The notes beneath the pieces were generated by a model, which saw only the letters and a program-made list of their open reading frames with translations, did no database searches and was not told the DNA's origin. From Dimorphilus gyrociliatus (lineage: Eukaryota; Animalia; Annelida): a DNA stretch of 64,000 nt. Numbering within the stretch: the first letter of the stretch is position 1; each line of letters starts with the position of its first letter. The translations under genes were made by a program, and so were the position numbers. Location: contig CAJFCJ010000009.1 in assembly GCA_904063045.1 (NCBI GenBank), positions 1,612,968 to 1,676,967 of the forward strand. Direction: 5' to 3'. Positions 52,438-64,000 of the stretch are shown here, one piece after another.

Positions 52438-55400
52438 TTATGCGTAATAGTTTGGAGATACAAGTAATTCTGTTAAACTGTTAATTTGATCATCGGAGAA
52501 ACGTTGTTTATGATCCTGCCAATTGTCATGATGGGTTCTTTTAAAACTAGTTAATGTTTGCTTAACTGTTCCCTGAATAGGCTGAGGATCATCTGCATGT
52601 TTTGATACTTCCATGAGAATATCAGGCACAAACGTTGGTACATCGTAAGGAGAAGCCAAAATACAAGCACTTAAAGCTAATATACCTGCATGTCTCTTTC
52701 TTATTTTTTCTTGAGCAACTGGCTCTAGCCTGGCTGTTCCTTGAGCTGTTTTTTTCCTTTTTATACTCGTTTTAGCCAGTTTTATAAATTGTTCCTAAAA
52801 AATTATAATCAATTATTAATAAATAAATTAAACGTTTAAGTTTTAAAAGAATAATACAATTAAGTCTTCTGTTATATCAATGTATCCGCAATGGAAAAAT
52901 CCGCACAACACTTTTGCCGATTTCTCTCGAACTTCCAATTGTATATCTGACAAGCATTGAATAACCGTTGATCGAACTATATCTCTAACATCGTCTTTTG
53001 GAAAGAGGAAGAATAGATTATTGAATACAGCCGTTTCACAAAAATGTAATAAATGCCGGCGTCCTTTCCATGATTTTGTTGAACAAATCTAAAATAAATT
53101 AATGTCATTAATTGTCTTCTTATCAGTTAAAGATAATTTTATATACTTGATTTATAATGCTTTTAAAAGGTTCAATAGTACTTTCGTACATTTCAACAAT
53201 AGACATAAAAGAAATGCATAGTCGACATTTTTCTTGCAATTCATCATCGTCGGTATAGTTTTGTAATGCATTTATCTGAAATAATCAGACTTATTAATGA
53301 TATCTGTCTTGTGTAATTTAAATTTTAATATAATAGATTACTTACAAAGGGAATCAATGGATAATATTTTTCAATATCTAATTTTAAATTTGTTACTATT
53401 GTAACATCAATCCAATGTAGTACTGTTCGTCGATGAAAAGAATAAGAAAAATATATTGTTCCCTTCTTGGATAGAATTTTACGTTAAATACCTGTTTTAC
53501 TTAATAGAATAACTTCATCCTTCTTTTCAACTATACCATTTGCTGAAGATTTAATTTTTTCCATTGGTATTGCTTCCCTATCTATATTCATAGGTTTGGG
53601 TTCGTTCTGAATTGGCTTTAAGTTACTCGTTGATTCTGATTCTTCACTATCATCTTTTTCTTCGGTTTCTTTAACCAAACGTTTCATATGAGGCAGAATA
53701 AAGTTGACAAACTCTTCAACTTTAGGTTGATTATTTTCGGGTGAGTTCTTGAATCGAATATCATTAAAAAAAATACTCTGAAGGCAACTTGCCATTCTAT
53801 CTCTAACGTTCTTATAGTTATAGGCCAACTGCTTCTTAAAATGATCAAGAAGTTTATTAAGCAGGAAAGGAATCCTCCATTCCTGTTGCTGAAGAGCTCC
53901 TTGAAGACAATACAATCTGGTAACATCAACTGAAGATCCACTTTCTCCACTAATTGGATTATCAATAAGAAAATCAAAAAGCGGTTTTAATTTTCTTGGA
54001 TCTCTGCTCTCCGAAGCGGTGGCAATGCAATAACCCCAAATACATTTTGATTCCTCTATAGAAGTATTTAATAAAGCTGACCTAAGCAAAGGTATAACAC
54101 GTGCCCACATTTGTTTAACTTGTTCATATGGCCAATGTTTTGAACCTCTCATAAGAGCGCAGATTATTTCTGCGGCACATCGGTGAGAATAATAGCGAGT
54201 TTTAGGATTGCTATCAGCAACGTATGCTTCAATTTTATCACTAAATAACTCATAGAGAGACCATCCAAAATTACGGAATAAACCCTTAAATAAGAAATAG
54301 TACTTGGATCTAAACTTTTCCTTATTCTTTGAATCCTCCAAAGTTAATAAACTGCATAATTTATCAACGTATTCTTTGTTACAGAAAGCCTGGTAAATAA
54401 TTTTTTCTTCCTCTTTTAACTCATCTATTGCTCTATTTGTGGAAGGCTGTTCTTTTGGTGGTTGATAAACTTTAAAGGGTTTCGGCCATGTGTAATAACC
54501 CCAATGAGTTTTTTCCACAAATATAGTATTATTATATGTCTCTTCATCAACCAAAACATCGCTATCATCATATAGCAGCCATTTATTATCTGGTCTCTCA
54601 CCCGGTATAATATAATTTATTGATTTTGGAGGTTTGCAATTAGCAACTTGGTAGGGGTCAATATCCATGGTTAAATGTTTACGTTTTTGCTGTTGTAGTA
54701 TTGATTGTAAAGCATCAATTGATATCTATAATCAGAATAAAAAAAGTGAATAACCAGTAATACTAGATAAATTCGATCTAAAACATACTCTTCTAATATA
54801 GATAACATCGTGTAGAGAGTTGTCAATGAAGGTTTGTACAACAGAAGCAGGAGCACGATAGTCATTTCGTAAAAGCAATGACAGCATTTCAAGTGCCATT
54901 TGTAAGAATTTCCAGTGTAATTTTTTTGTTTGAATACGCTCCACAATATCGTTTAGTAATTTTTCGTAAGAACTATAAAATAACATAACATATTAATTAA
55001 ATAAAGAAATTAATAACATTTAGATTTTACACTCTATTGGCATCGTTTTGCTCCTGCGATTCCATTTTACCCTTGGATATTTCTGCCAAAGAAACATTCT
55101 CCAAAGATGGATGTGGTTGAGTCTTATCGACCCAAAACTGTTCTGCAGCTGTTCTGGCTTGATCTGAGATCTGAGAGTTATATAATAATCATTAACATCA
55201 TTAATTTTCGTAATATATTTAATAACGAACATAAATTCCTAATGGCATTGTCGAAACATGCTTGTGCAATTTATTTAGTATCTTCTCTATAACTTTTAAT
55301 ATAGAAGGTTTCTCCGAGTGTTGTGCTTCAATCAAAGCTGGCCAAATTTTTCCAATTGCCTTAAAATTATGCTTATAAATCAACGATTGTTCTCTTTCAC

Positions 55401-58400
55401 CCAAAATACAATAAAGCGCTCCCTGTAAATTGTATACATTTGTATGATTTTATAAAAATGCAAACAATTTTGATTAAACCTTAAATTGATGATGACTTAT
55501 ATCATTATTATCCTTCAAACAATCGATAATATCATCTACAACAAGTCTGTAAACATAACTGAAGTGCTTGAATATTGAATAAAGATGTTGTTGAGCTCTC
55601 ATTCGAACGCTACTATAACGACTAACTGACAATTTAAAAATGTCATCTAATAGCCCCTTGTGCATTGTAGTAAAAACTCTCTCAGAACGATGCAAAACTC
55701 TTAACTACAAAACAAAACAATATTTTTTCATAAAGAGCAATGTAAAATCGAATTATACAATCTAACCTCATGTTGGAGTTGAGCTCTTTGAGCTAGAACA
55801 GCTCTAGCATGAGCTTTCTTTCCTAACAGTTTATTTTGTAGAATATTTTTTACAGTTTTCCAACTTTTCCAATATGCTAAGTATTGATCATCTTTTTTAC
55901 CCATATGTGACATGAGATCATTCATAACCTATAAAAAGTTAGAATTTGAATTTTTCATATTAAAAAAGAAATTGACTATATTCACATTAAGGCAAGTCAA
56001 AACAGTCTTTGTATCATCTTCATTATTTTGGCTGCTCAATAAATGAGCAATAAGGGGACGAATAGACTTATAGATTAATAATCGGGGATTTTCACCATCA
56101 AGGAGAATACTCTGCGAAGAAGTCGTACATGAACATTGAAGAGATTTCATTTCAACTCGAGTAGTGACACTTTAAAAAAGTAAATACTATGCCTCTTTTC
56201 AAAACAGTTAATGCTGTCTACTTACTATCCAGTAATCTTCTCATCTTCCCACATATCTAAGCATGTTCCAGCTCCACTTATGCATTTACTAATTATATTG
56301 ACTGTCTGCAGTAGTTCCTCTCTCTCAAGAATACTTTTCTGGCTTACATGTTTGTCAATTTTAGCTAATTGAGGTAGAAGAAAAAGCTTCAAAACTTCCA
56401 CAACAGTTTCCTTTTCCTCTTCGGATGGTATATGCCAAACTAACTTTAAATTATTGAGATCACCAGGCTTTCCCCAATCCTAATTGAGAATATAAGTTTT
56501 AGATGAAGAGAAATTTCGAAATTTAATTTAACAGAATGCTTACTCTGATCGGTAGATAGTCTTCAATTGGCTGATTCCAGTCTTCAGGAGTTGATCGGAA
56601 GTCGTTTGTGTAAATACGAGTTAAAGCTTTGAGCAACTCCAACAATAAATTGGAAGATAATTCCCTAACTGCCAAACACTTAGAAAATAAAGTACATTCC
56701 AAAATTGTAATCAAATCATTTTTATAAGGCAGTAAACTATTTCCATTGCAACGTATCAACTAAAAACATTAAAAGTTTACGATGTCTTTCCAATTTGGAT
56801 ATTAAACGTTTCTTTATTTACCTCTGATAAAATTCTAAGATTCCACAACAACGTACTATCGGTTCCTTCTTCTTGAGCAAAATTATCGTCTAAAAGTAGA
56901 GTATATAAAATACTTATTTAAATTTATTAGGTACACCTTTTTATACAAACTTTGAACATGTTGTTTAATTATTCTGGCACAATGATTGAAAAATTTATTC
57001 AAAACCAGTTCTGGTTGAATTTCGGACACTGCTCGACAAAGATCGGCAGCATATCGACCAGCTACATTAATTTCAAAACAGTTGTTGCTTACAAAATTAA
57101 ACAATTTATCCAAAACTAGCTGAAATTTGCAATTATTTTATTTTATTATTAATAAAAGTTAGAGTTTATATAGCTTACCTTATAAATTGGTAAAGAACAT
57201 TGTTGAACAATGACAATAAAAGTAGATGCTAGCCCCATTTCAATAATAGTTTCGTCAGCACTCATTTTGTCATCATTTCCTAAAGCAGCGTCAGTTCTGC
57301 CATGTTCTTGAACAGAATTTTCAATCAACAAAAAAATTCGATCCATAAATTGGAGGACAAAATCTTCGAACTCCATTGTCAGTCGACAAACTTCTTTCTC
57401 AGTCTCTGTCAAATCTGTTCTTGTTTCCAAAGCTTTGGAACAATCAACAATTGGTACTAAACAGCACAGAGTAGAGACCATTTGCATAGTTGTAATTGTT
57501 TTTTTCAAATCATTTGGATCGATACCAGGTATACACATATTTAAGAGGCGTAGTACATGAGTTGGTCCTTCTGGATAATGTTTTGGATAACTGAGCATCG
57601 ACCCTGAAACCTGACCTACTGCTTTCATCAAGGGTATTAATCTATGAGGTTCATTCAAATTTGTCAGTGCTTCGTAAGTCCTTTTATCAACAGAAAAAGT
57701 GAGATATAATTAAGTCCCTACAGAAAAATTAATTGTAAAATACTTACATATCAATTAGAGGAGGTATAACAATTTCAGGTCGAAGCTTTGCCAAATGTTG
57801 AAGGCAACCAGTAGTCTCTATTATACCAAATTTGCTAAATATAGCTTGCAGCACAATGGGTTTTAATATATTGACAAATTCTGTAATTTCTTCATCAGTA
57901 AGTTTGGCACTTTCTTTCGTATACATGGTCCAATCGCTTTTCTTGTATCGTTCTCTAATAGAATTAATTAAAAACTTATGAATGTTTACTGACAAAAGTT
58001 ACTATTTTATGTAAACTTATGAATAGATATATGTAATTAATTTGATAAAGGGAAAACATTTATACCTATGAACTCGATCGACCATATTAACCGCTAATTT
58101 GTTAATAAATAGAAGTAGTTTATCCTGTATAATTACATAGTTTTCATATTAATGCTGAATAGTGATGTACAAATGTAAACTTACGCTCCATTTACCATTA
58201 TTTGACGGATGATAGAAGCTTTGTAAGGCAACAAAGATCTTTCTGATATGTTCCAAAGTTGAAGAACCATTGCCCTTTTTAGGAGATAACAGATTTCTCA
58301 AACAAGTTCTAATTTTTTTTATATTTTTATCTATATAGGAATAAACTTACTATCATTGCTATAATCCACCTGGATGTCATATTTACATCTGATGCCCTAT

Positions 58401-59720
58401 CGACTCGACTGCTACCTGTGTAAGTTTTGTCTGCTAACGGCAATTGGAAACTTCCTAGCGTTCGAGTAAAAATCTGTTTTTTTTTTATCAAATTATAACG
58501 TTATTCTAGACAATTCAGATTTAAAATATTAATATTACTGTTGGGATGTATATATTCCAATCAATATAACCAATATTATGAAATGCCAAGCGTGATAGAA
58601 TGCTTCTTAAATACTTAAAAAAAGAAATTATATCAGAAAAGAATCATTTTTGTTTTAATTTGGATAAAATAATTTACTTTTTCATATCGAATTTCTGCCC
58701 TAAGTGTCAAGTAAAATTCCATAAACTCCTCAAACCAAATTCTATAGAGAATATTATTGTTATTATGATTAAGATTATCTTTGAATTTTTCAAGTAAAGT
58801 ATACTCTGAAAAAAACATACTTAAATCCCTGGTCATGATAGTTTGGTGGAAGATTTACTGGAAGAAATAAATCCAACAGAAAGAGAGCAGTGGTCATTTT
58901 TACATCAAACATACAAAGATACGGCCGACATTCGTCCAGTAATTCTTGGGTACAATTAGATGGAAAATATCTATTTAATTTAAAAGGAGAATATATAATA
59001 GACAACAGAATTATTATATTTTTTATCTAAAACTTACAATCTGGCATTGACGATTAAACTTTTCAAAGTTGCTTTTATGTTACTGTAGAATATCAATATG
59101 TGAATCCCTTTTGTTTATTTTTATTTATTAGAAACTATTAATCTTACTCGGGTTGTAGTAATAATCCATGTCCTTCCATTTTTGACTCATAAACTTTATA
59201 CATTAATTTAAATAGAGGCCTCCATTCCAGCACCAAATCCTCTCTAGTTAACAATGTTTTCTTTCTATTTGTGTCAAACTATTGTTAATCAAAATATTTT
59301 GAAAATTTGATATACATACGCTAAGAGAGTCGTAAGAATTCGAGAAATCCTCTGGACCATAGAAAGATTCAGATCATCTATAAGGATTGCTTCATAAAAT
59401 AAATTTATAAATTTTATGTGATCCTCTTTGGAGAACTTGAATCCATAGAGACGAATATACCTAAAATGTTTAAAGGACTATCTAAATATGCAATTATAGT
59501 CATTTTTTAATCACGTTTTTAGTTGAACCATCCAGTGTCCAAGACCTATCGAATCTCCCAGCTGAACTGCTCTTCCAATATTTGCTTTAATTTCGCTTAA
59601 ATTCTCATTCGATTCCTTGTCAATAACATCTGAATATGGTAGTATTTTGCAATAAGGATTCTCTCTTTGGGGTTCGAAACCGAGAGCGTTCAATCTATCC
59701 TTATTGCTTTCGCTAGTCAT
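52438..59720 (-). CDS. PSME4: Proteasome activator complex subunit 4 (PA200/Blm10), many exons
   Basis: ATG at 59720 (MTSESNKDRLNALGFEPQRENPYCKILPY); CIPGIDPNDLKKT; HWGYYTWPK; ALMRGSKHW; SPYDVPTFVP; FKRTHHDNW; C-terminal HbYX motif SPNYYA*. Confidence 0.93.
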
Positions 59721-60892
59721 CGTTGCTCCTTTGAAAAATGTCCAATTATACACACGATGAGTCTTTCTTTGAGAAAATTGTTGTTTTTATAGATACGGAA
59801 ACCATAGAGGATTACATTTTTTTTTTTTGAAATTTTAAGTTTGCTTTTAAGTAGATTAATTTAATGAATTAATAATTATAAAGGTATTTATAATAAAAAT
59901 TTTCATACTTGTAAATAAGCTAATAGAATATCTATTTTTAAAGTGCAGAAGTTATGATATAGTAGAACCGTATCTTGGAAGATCTTATTTTTTGTTATTT
60001 TTCGTAATTTTTTATTTATTAAATTATATTTAGAGAATACTTCATTAACTAATATAATTAAACTAAATAGAGAATAATAAAGCAAAAAAGAAATTGATAA
60101 ATTCCGGAAACGGAAATAGAGTCAAAGTTACGCGGCTTTTTAAAAATATGAATATAGCATATGTGATGTCTTATTTAACAAATTATTTAGGAAAAAAACA
60201 AATTATAAACTTACGTTATTTTATGTTAATAATTACCATTTTTAGCGGGAAACAAGAATTTTTTATCACATAAAAAAGTACCCGGATAAATGTGTAATTT
60301 AAAAGAAAGTCCTGAAATATGACACGGATTAAAAACTTTTCAAAGCCTTGTCTTTTTATTCCCTATTTACAATGGTAACACCCTATCTATAATAGAAAAT
60401 ATCTTTCAGCCTATAAAGAGACTAACATATAGTATATTATATTGCTAGAATAAACAAATACATACTAATAGTACAAGGAAACATCCCCCCCCCCCCAAAT
60501 CATGCACAAAAGGGGGATATGATATAAAAAATATAGCTATATACGTATAAAACAAGTAGAGCAAAATATCTAAATGAAATACTACTACGAATTAATAAAA
60601 GCATATACATATATATATACTATATACAATCTAATAAGAATGACCTGTTTAAGGCTAACGCTTCAATTGTAAAACGTTAAAGAACATTAATATCTATAAT
60701 GGACCCTCCTTTTTTAAAGGAAGATAAATTTTATTATTCTCATTTGCGTAATAAATCAATATATCTTTGCCCACGATTTTCATTATAAGACTCCAATACG
60801 TGTTAGAACTATAAAAGGCCTATGTACAAAAGTGATTTCAATACGAAACCAATTGATGCGTGAATGTAATCATTTTACTTGTTAAAATTGCT

Positions 60893-62640
60893 ATGGCCTG
60901 TGAGTAGATTTTCATATAATTGCAATTGTTTTAGTTGCTTCTTAAAATTTTTAATAGGAGCTTATAATATCTTATAATATTCGATAATATAATAGATTGA
61001 ATTTTTGTTTACACATTGTGCCATTTTCTATATAAACACTATATTAAAAAAAACTGCTTCGTGTTCAACTGATTATAATTTGAATTGCGGTTCCTTTTTC
61101 AGCTTTAAGCTCAATTATTTTTGGAAGAAACTACTTGACAAATAGTGTTTTACTCTTCCTTTGCGTTTTGGCTTTTATCTATGTTGTGCTTATGAGAAAA
61201 CCATCATTGAACAATAGCCCTTTTGACGATATAACCAATTTCGAAGCAGAGATTGAAAATCCTAAACATGCTCGAGTTGTTGCCTATAAACACAGAAATA
61301 GAATTGAAGATAAGAAATTAACAGAAACTACTTCTATAGATGAGTCAGTGGCTCCTCCAATAGCTGAGAAGAAGAATGTTGAACACTACAGAGAAATTTG
61401 GCTGTGGGCAGATGCTAAGATCACTAGAGATGATTTAATACCAGGAGATGAAGCGGGTGTTGATGTTGTTCTCAATGCTTTGGCAACCGCTCCTATTACG
61501 CACGTTGGATTGTTAGATATCGGTAGTTATGAAAGTGGTACTTCTCAGAAATGGATTATATTCTTAGAAGGCGGTCAACAAGCTATGATGAAGCTTGTTT
61601 GGTAAGTAATTAATCTTCCCTACCCCATTGAGGTCTTATTTTAAGAGTAACATTAATAGGCAACCAGAAGAGAAAGGTTTCGAAAAAAGAGATGGTGCTT
61701 GCAACTTTGGCTTCGAATCACCGACAAGCGAAATAGCAGCTTTTCACTTACATAGAATACTAGATTTTCATAATACTCCCTATGTTACTGGAAGAAAAGT
61801 AAAATTGTCGGATATTCAAGCTGTCTCCTCGCCCCAAGTCAACAAACAATTCGTTCGAAAAGGTTAAATAATCATTAAACTCTTTTGCTTGTCAAAATAA
61901 TGATGATATTATTTTTTTAATTAGGTGAAAAATTATGCGTTGTCGGAGGATGTTACTATTGTAAGGGTGAAACGACGCTTTGTCCATCAGATGGTATCGT
62001 AGAAGTATCTATAGCCTATTGGGTACACAGGCATTTAAAATTATATACTTTTCCACCAAAGTATATGCCTTTTTCAACACCAAGAAGAGATGAGTTTGTT
62101 TTTTTTTCGTACAATATTTTTTAAAGAAATTATTAATTATCTCTTCCCTCCTTGTTATTCAGGTGGTCAAAATATGGCTTTAATAATGATACATATTGCA
62201 AAGAAGTCAGAAAAATACCTCCATATAGTTCCGATTGGTATTATCACGACCTTTTTGATTTTAGTTTGGTCGACACAATAATGCATCATTACGATAGCAA
62301 ACACTACGTTATTCATGACCATTCTAAAGCTCATGGTTTAACCGTAAGATTGGATCATGGAAGAACTTTTTGTTCTTTATCTTTAGACGAATACGATGTA
62401 TTTTTAGTACCAATAACACAATGTTGTAAAATTCGTAAGAAAACTTGGAAAACTATTGAAAATTTTGAAGAAGGAGATATATCTAATAGGTTGAAGCAAT
62501 CACTTAAAACTGATCCAATTGCTCCAATTCTTTTGGATGCATGGTATCCAGTTATAGAAAGAAGATTAAAGAAAATTAAAGAAGTAATAACAAAATGTGC
62601 AGATGCCAATGGTTGGGATAACGTTTTAGTAACTGCATAA
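60893..62640 (+). CDS. FAM20-family secretory-pathway kinase (FAM20C/B-like, divergent), type II membrane protein, multi-exon
   Basis: A tiny first exon ATG GCC T|gtgagt (60893-60899) joins in frame to the exon at 61103, giving MASLSSIIFGRNYLTNSVLLFLCVLAFIYVVLM (TM anchor). Motifs: SGTSQKWIIFLEGGQQAMMK; SEIAAFHLHRILDF; CVVGGCYYC...LCP; DTIMHHYDSKHY; RLDHGRTF; CCKIRKKT; DPIAPIL. Confidence 0.8.
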
Positions 62641-62986
62641 TATTTTATTAATATTCCGATTTTAATAAATTTTTTGTTTTAATGTAATTAGATTTACTGT
62701 CTATCTTTTTTAAGTCAATTGCTGCAATATTATACAGTATATGTAAATTTTGTCGGATATGTAATATTAGTGTAAACGAAAATCTTTACCAAATCTACAT
62801 CCTGAATATCATGGCCCTCATACATGTAAAGTCCTATTTTTTTTTCTATGAATAGAAAATAAAATGAATTGATTGAAAATTTTGAATTGATATCTTCTGA
62901 TTTGTTCTCATATCTTATTTCTTTTCTTTTTTAATAGAAAGCATAACAATAACAATAGAAATTTTTCGTATAAAACGAATATTTTC

Positions 62987-63938
62987 TCAAAATGCTGAAA
63001 ATGTCTCTTGTAGATGTTCCATTTTCTTTCTTGAATCGCCAAATATTGTATTATATATTCCAGGACATATATATTCCGATCTAGCTAATACTATATAAAA
63101 ATCTCCAGGCTTATTCAGATCCAAAATGTCTCTTAACATTCTCCAATCGACCTTTTCGCCTCTAAAATAAAATAAGACGAGATCAGTTTAATAAAAGTGG
63201 ACTTAACCTTTAACATAGAGATATTAATAATAATTGGATAGCACTTACTTCATATCCTTAATTAATTTAACCAGAGTAACCGATTTTAAGTCTAAAACAC
63301 CTATGAAATTTTCGATATGTCTCTTCCTAATTGATTCGACCTCAGATAAAGTACTCATCTTTACGAAAACAGATAAACATATAATAATATATTTATGCTG
63401 TATATACAAACATTAAATATATAAAATACCTCTGTTAAAAATTGAGTAACAAGAGTCTCTTCTTCGCGGCATTTAGCGAGCTCTAACCTTTTGAATAAAT
63501 GAATCAGATATACTACTGATAAAGAATTTATACCTTATTTAATTATATAATTAATCATATTATGAATATCTATACTTACTTATCAATAAAAACTGTCTCG
63601 TGCAGATTGAAGTTTTCCCACAGTGCTATTGCTTCTGCTTTAGCCACAGCTTGATGAGTTCCCTTAAACTTTTCAAATAAAAATGTAGTACTAACAGTCT
63701 TCGTTTGTAGGTCTATGATTGCTCTTGGTTCATCAGACGCATATATATTAATTAACAGCGAATTTGACTTGAAATTATTCTAGAAATTAAACAGAAAAAA
63801 AACGATTGAATATTAAATGATTAGAAGCTTATCGATTTAACTTACTTTATCAATAATTATACCCTGTAGAGATATATCTGGTGTAAAAGTATTCTTTATT
63901 AATGTTGTTGCAGTTTTTCTTCTATTTTCACTCATCAT
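62987..63938 (-). CDS. Unidentified spliced protein; may continue beyond the right edge
   Basis: Five phase-compatible exons read MMSENRRKTATTLIKNTFTPDISLQGIIIDK / NNFKSNSLLINIY...WENFNLHETVFIDK / LELAKCREEETLVTQFLTE / MSTLSEVESIRKRHIENF...DMK / GEKVDWRMLRDILDL...QETFSAF*. No family recognised; the third acceptor is uncertain. Confidence 0.55.
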
Positions 63939-64000
63939 ACTACTTAAAGTATGTAGAAACTATATTTTATATATATATATAAAAAAATTATTAAGTTTTG

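Noticed and set aside
60483-60518. C12 run with a downstream GGGGGAT (small hairpin or G4-like)
   Set aside because: A single homopolymer with a 7-bp stem; no recognisable RNA or regulatory structure.

Overview
AT-rich, gene-dense eukaryotic (metazoan) DNA with many short (~50-70 nt) GT-AG introns. This fits a compact-genome lophotrochozoan; Dimorphilus-like is my inference and is not verified. Left to right the window holds: a secreted Cys-rich furin-like-repeat gene running off the left edge; ~3 kb of AT-rich DNA with possible decayed coding fragments; a divergent SLC6 transporter; an intronless 770-aa coiled-coil orphan; PRMT3; a small heat-shock protein (sHSP) locus; CATIP; USP24; an intronless TTBK-like kinase; PKN; MUS81; PSME4/PA200; a FAM20-family kinase; and an unidentified gene at the right edge. 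The standout is the sHSP locus (~16.1-26.8 kb). A head-to-head pair (a 376-aa tandem alpha-crystallin-domain sHSP and a 187-aa canonical sHSP sharing a heat-shock-element (HSE) promoter) is duplicated as a ~2.8-kb near-perfect inverted repeat. Its ~5-kb loop holds a sterol Delta-14 reductase gene (TM7SF2/LBR-like) and a third, mosaic copy of the 376-aa gene, and an orphaned copy of the HSE promoter lies upstream of PRMT3. A CTCF-like AGATGGC(G/A)CT motif recurs in promoters. I recognised no tRNA, rRNA, CRISPR array or intact transposon. Exon boundaries were read by eye and identity statements come from by-eye comparison, not alignment software.
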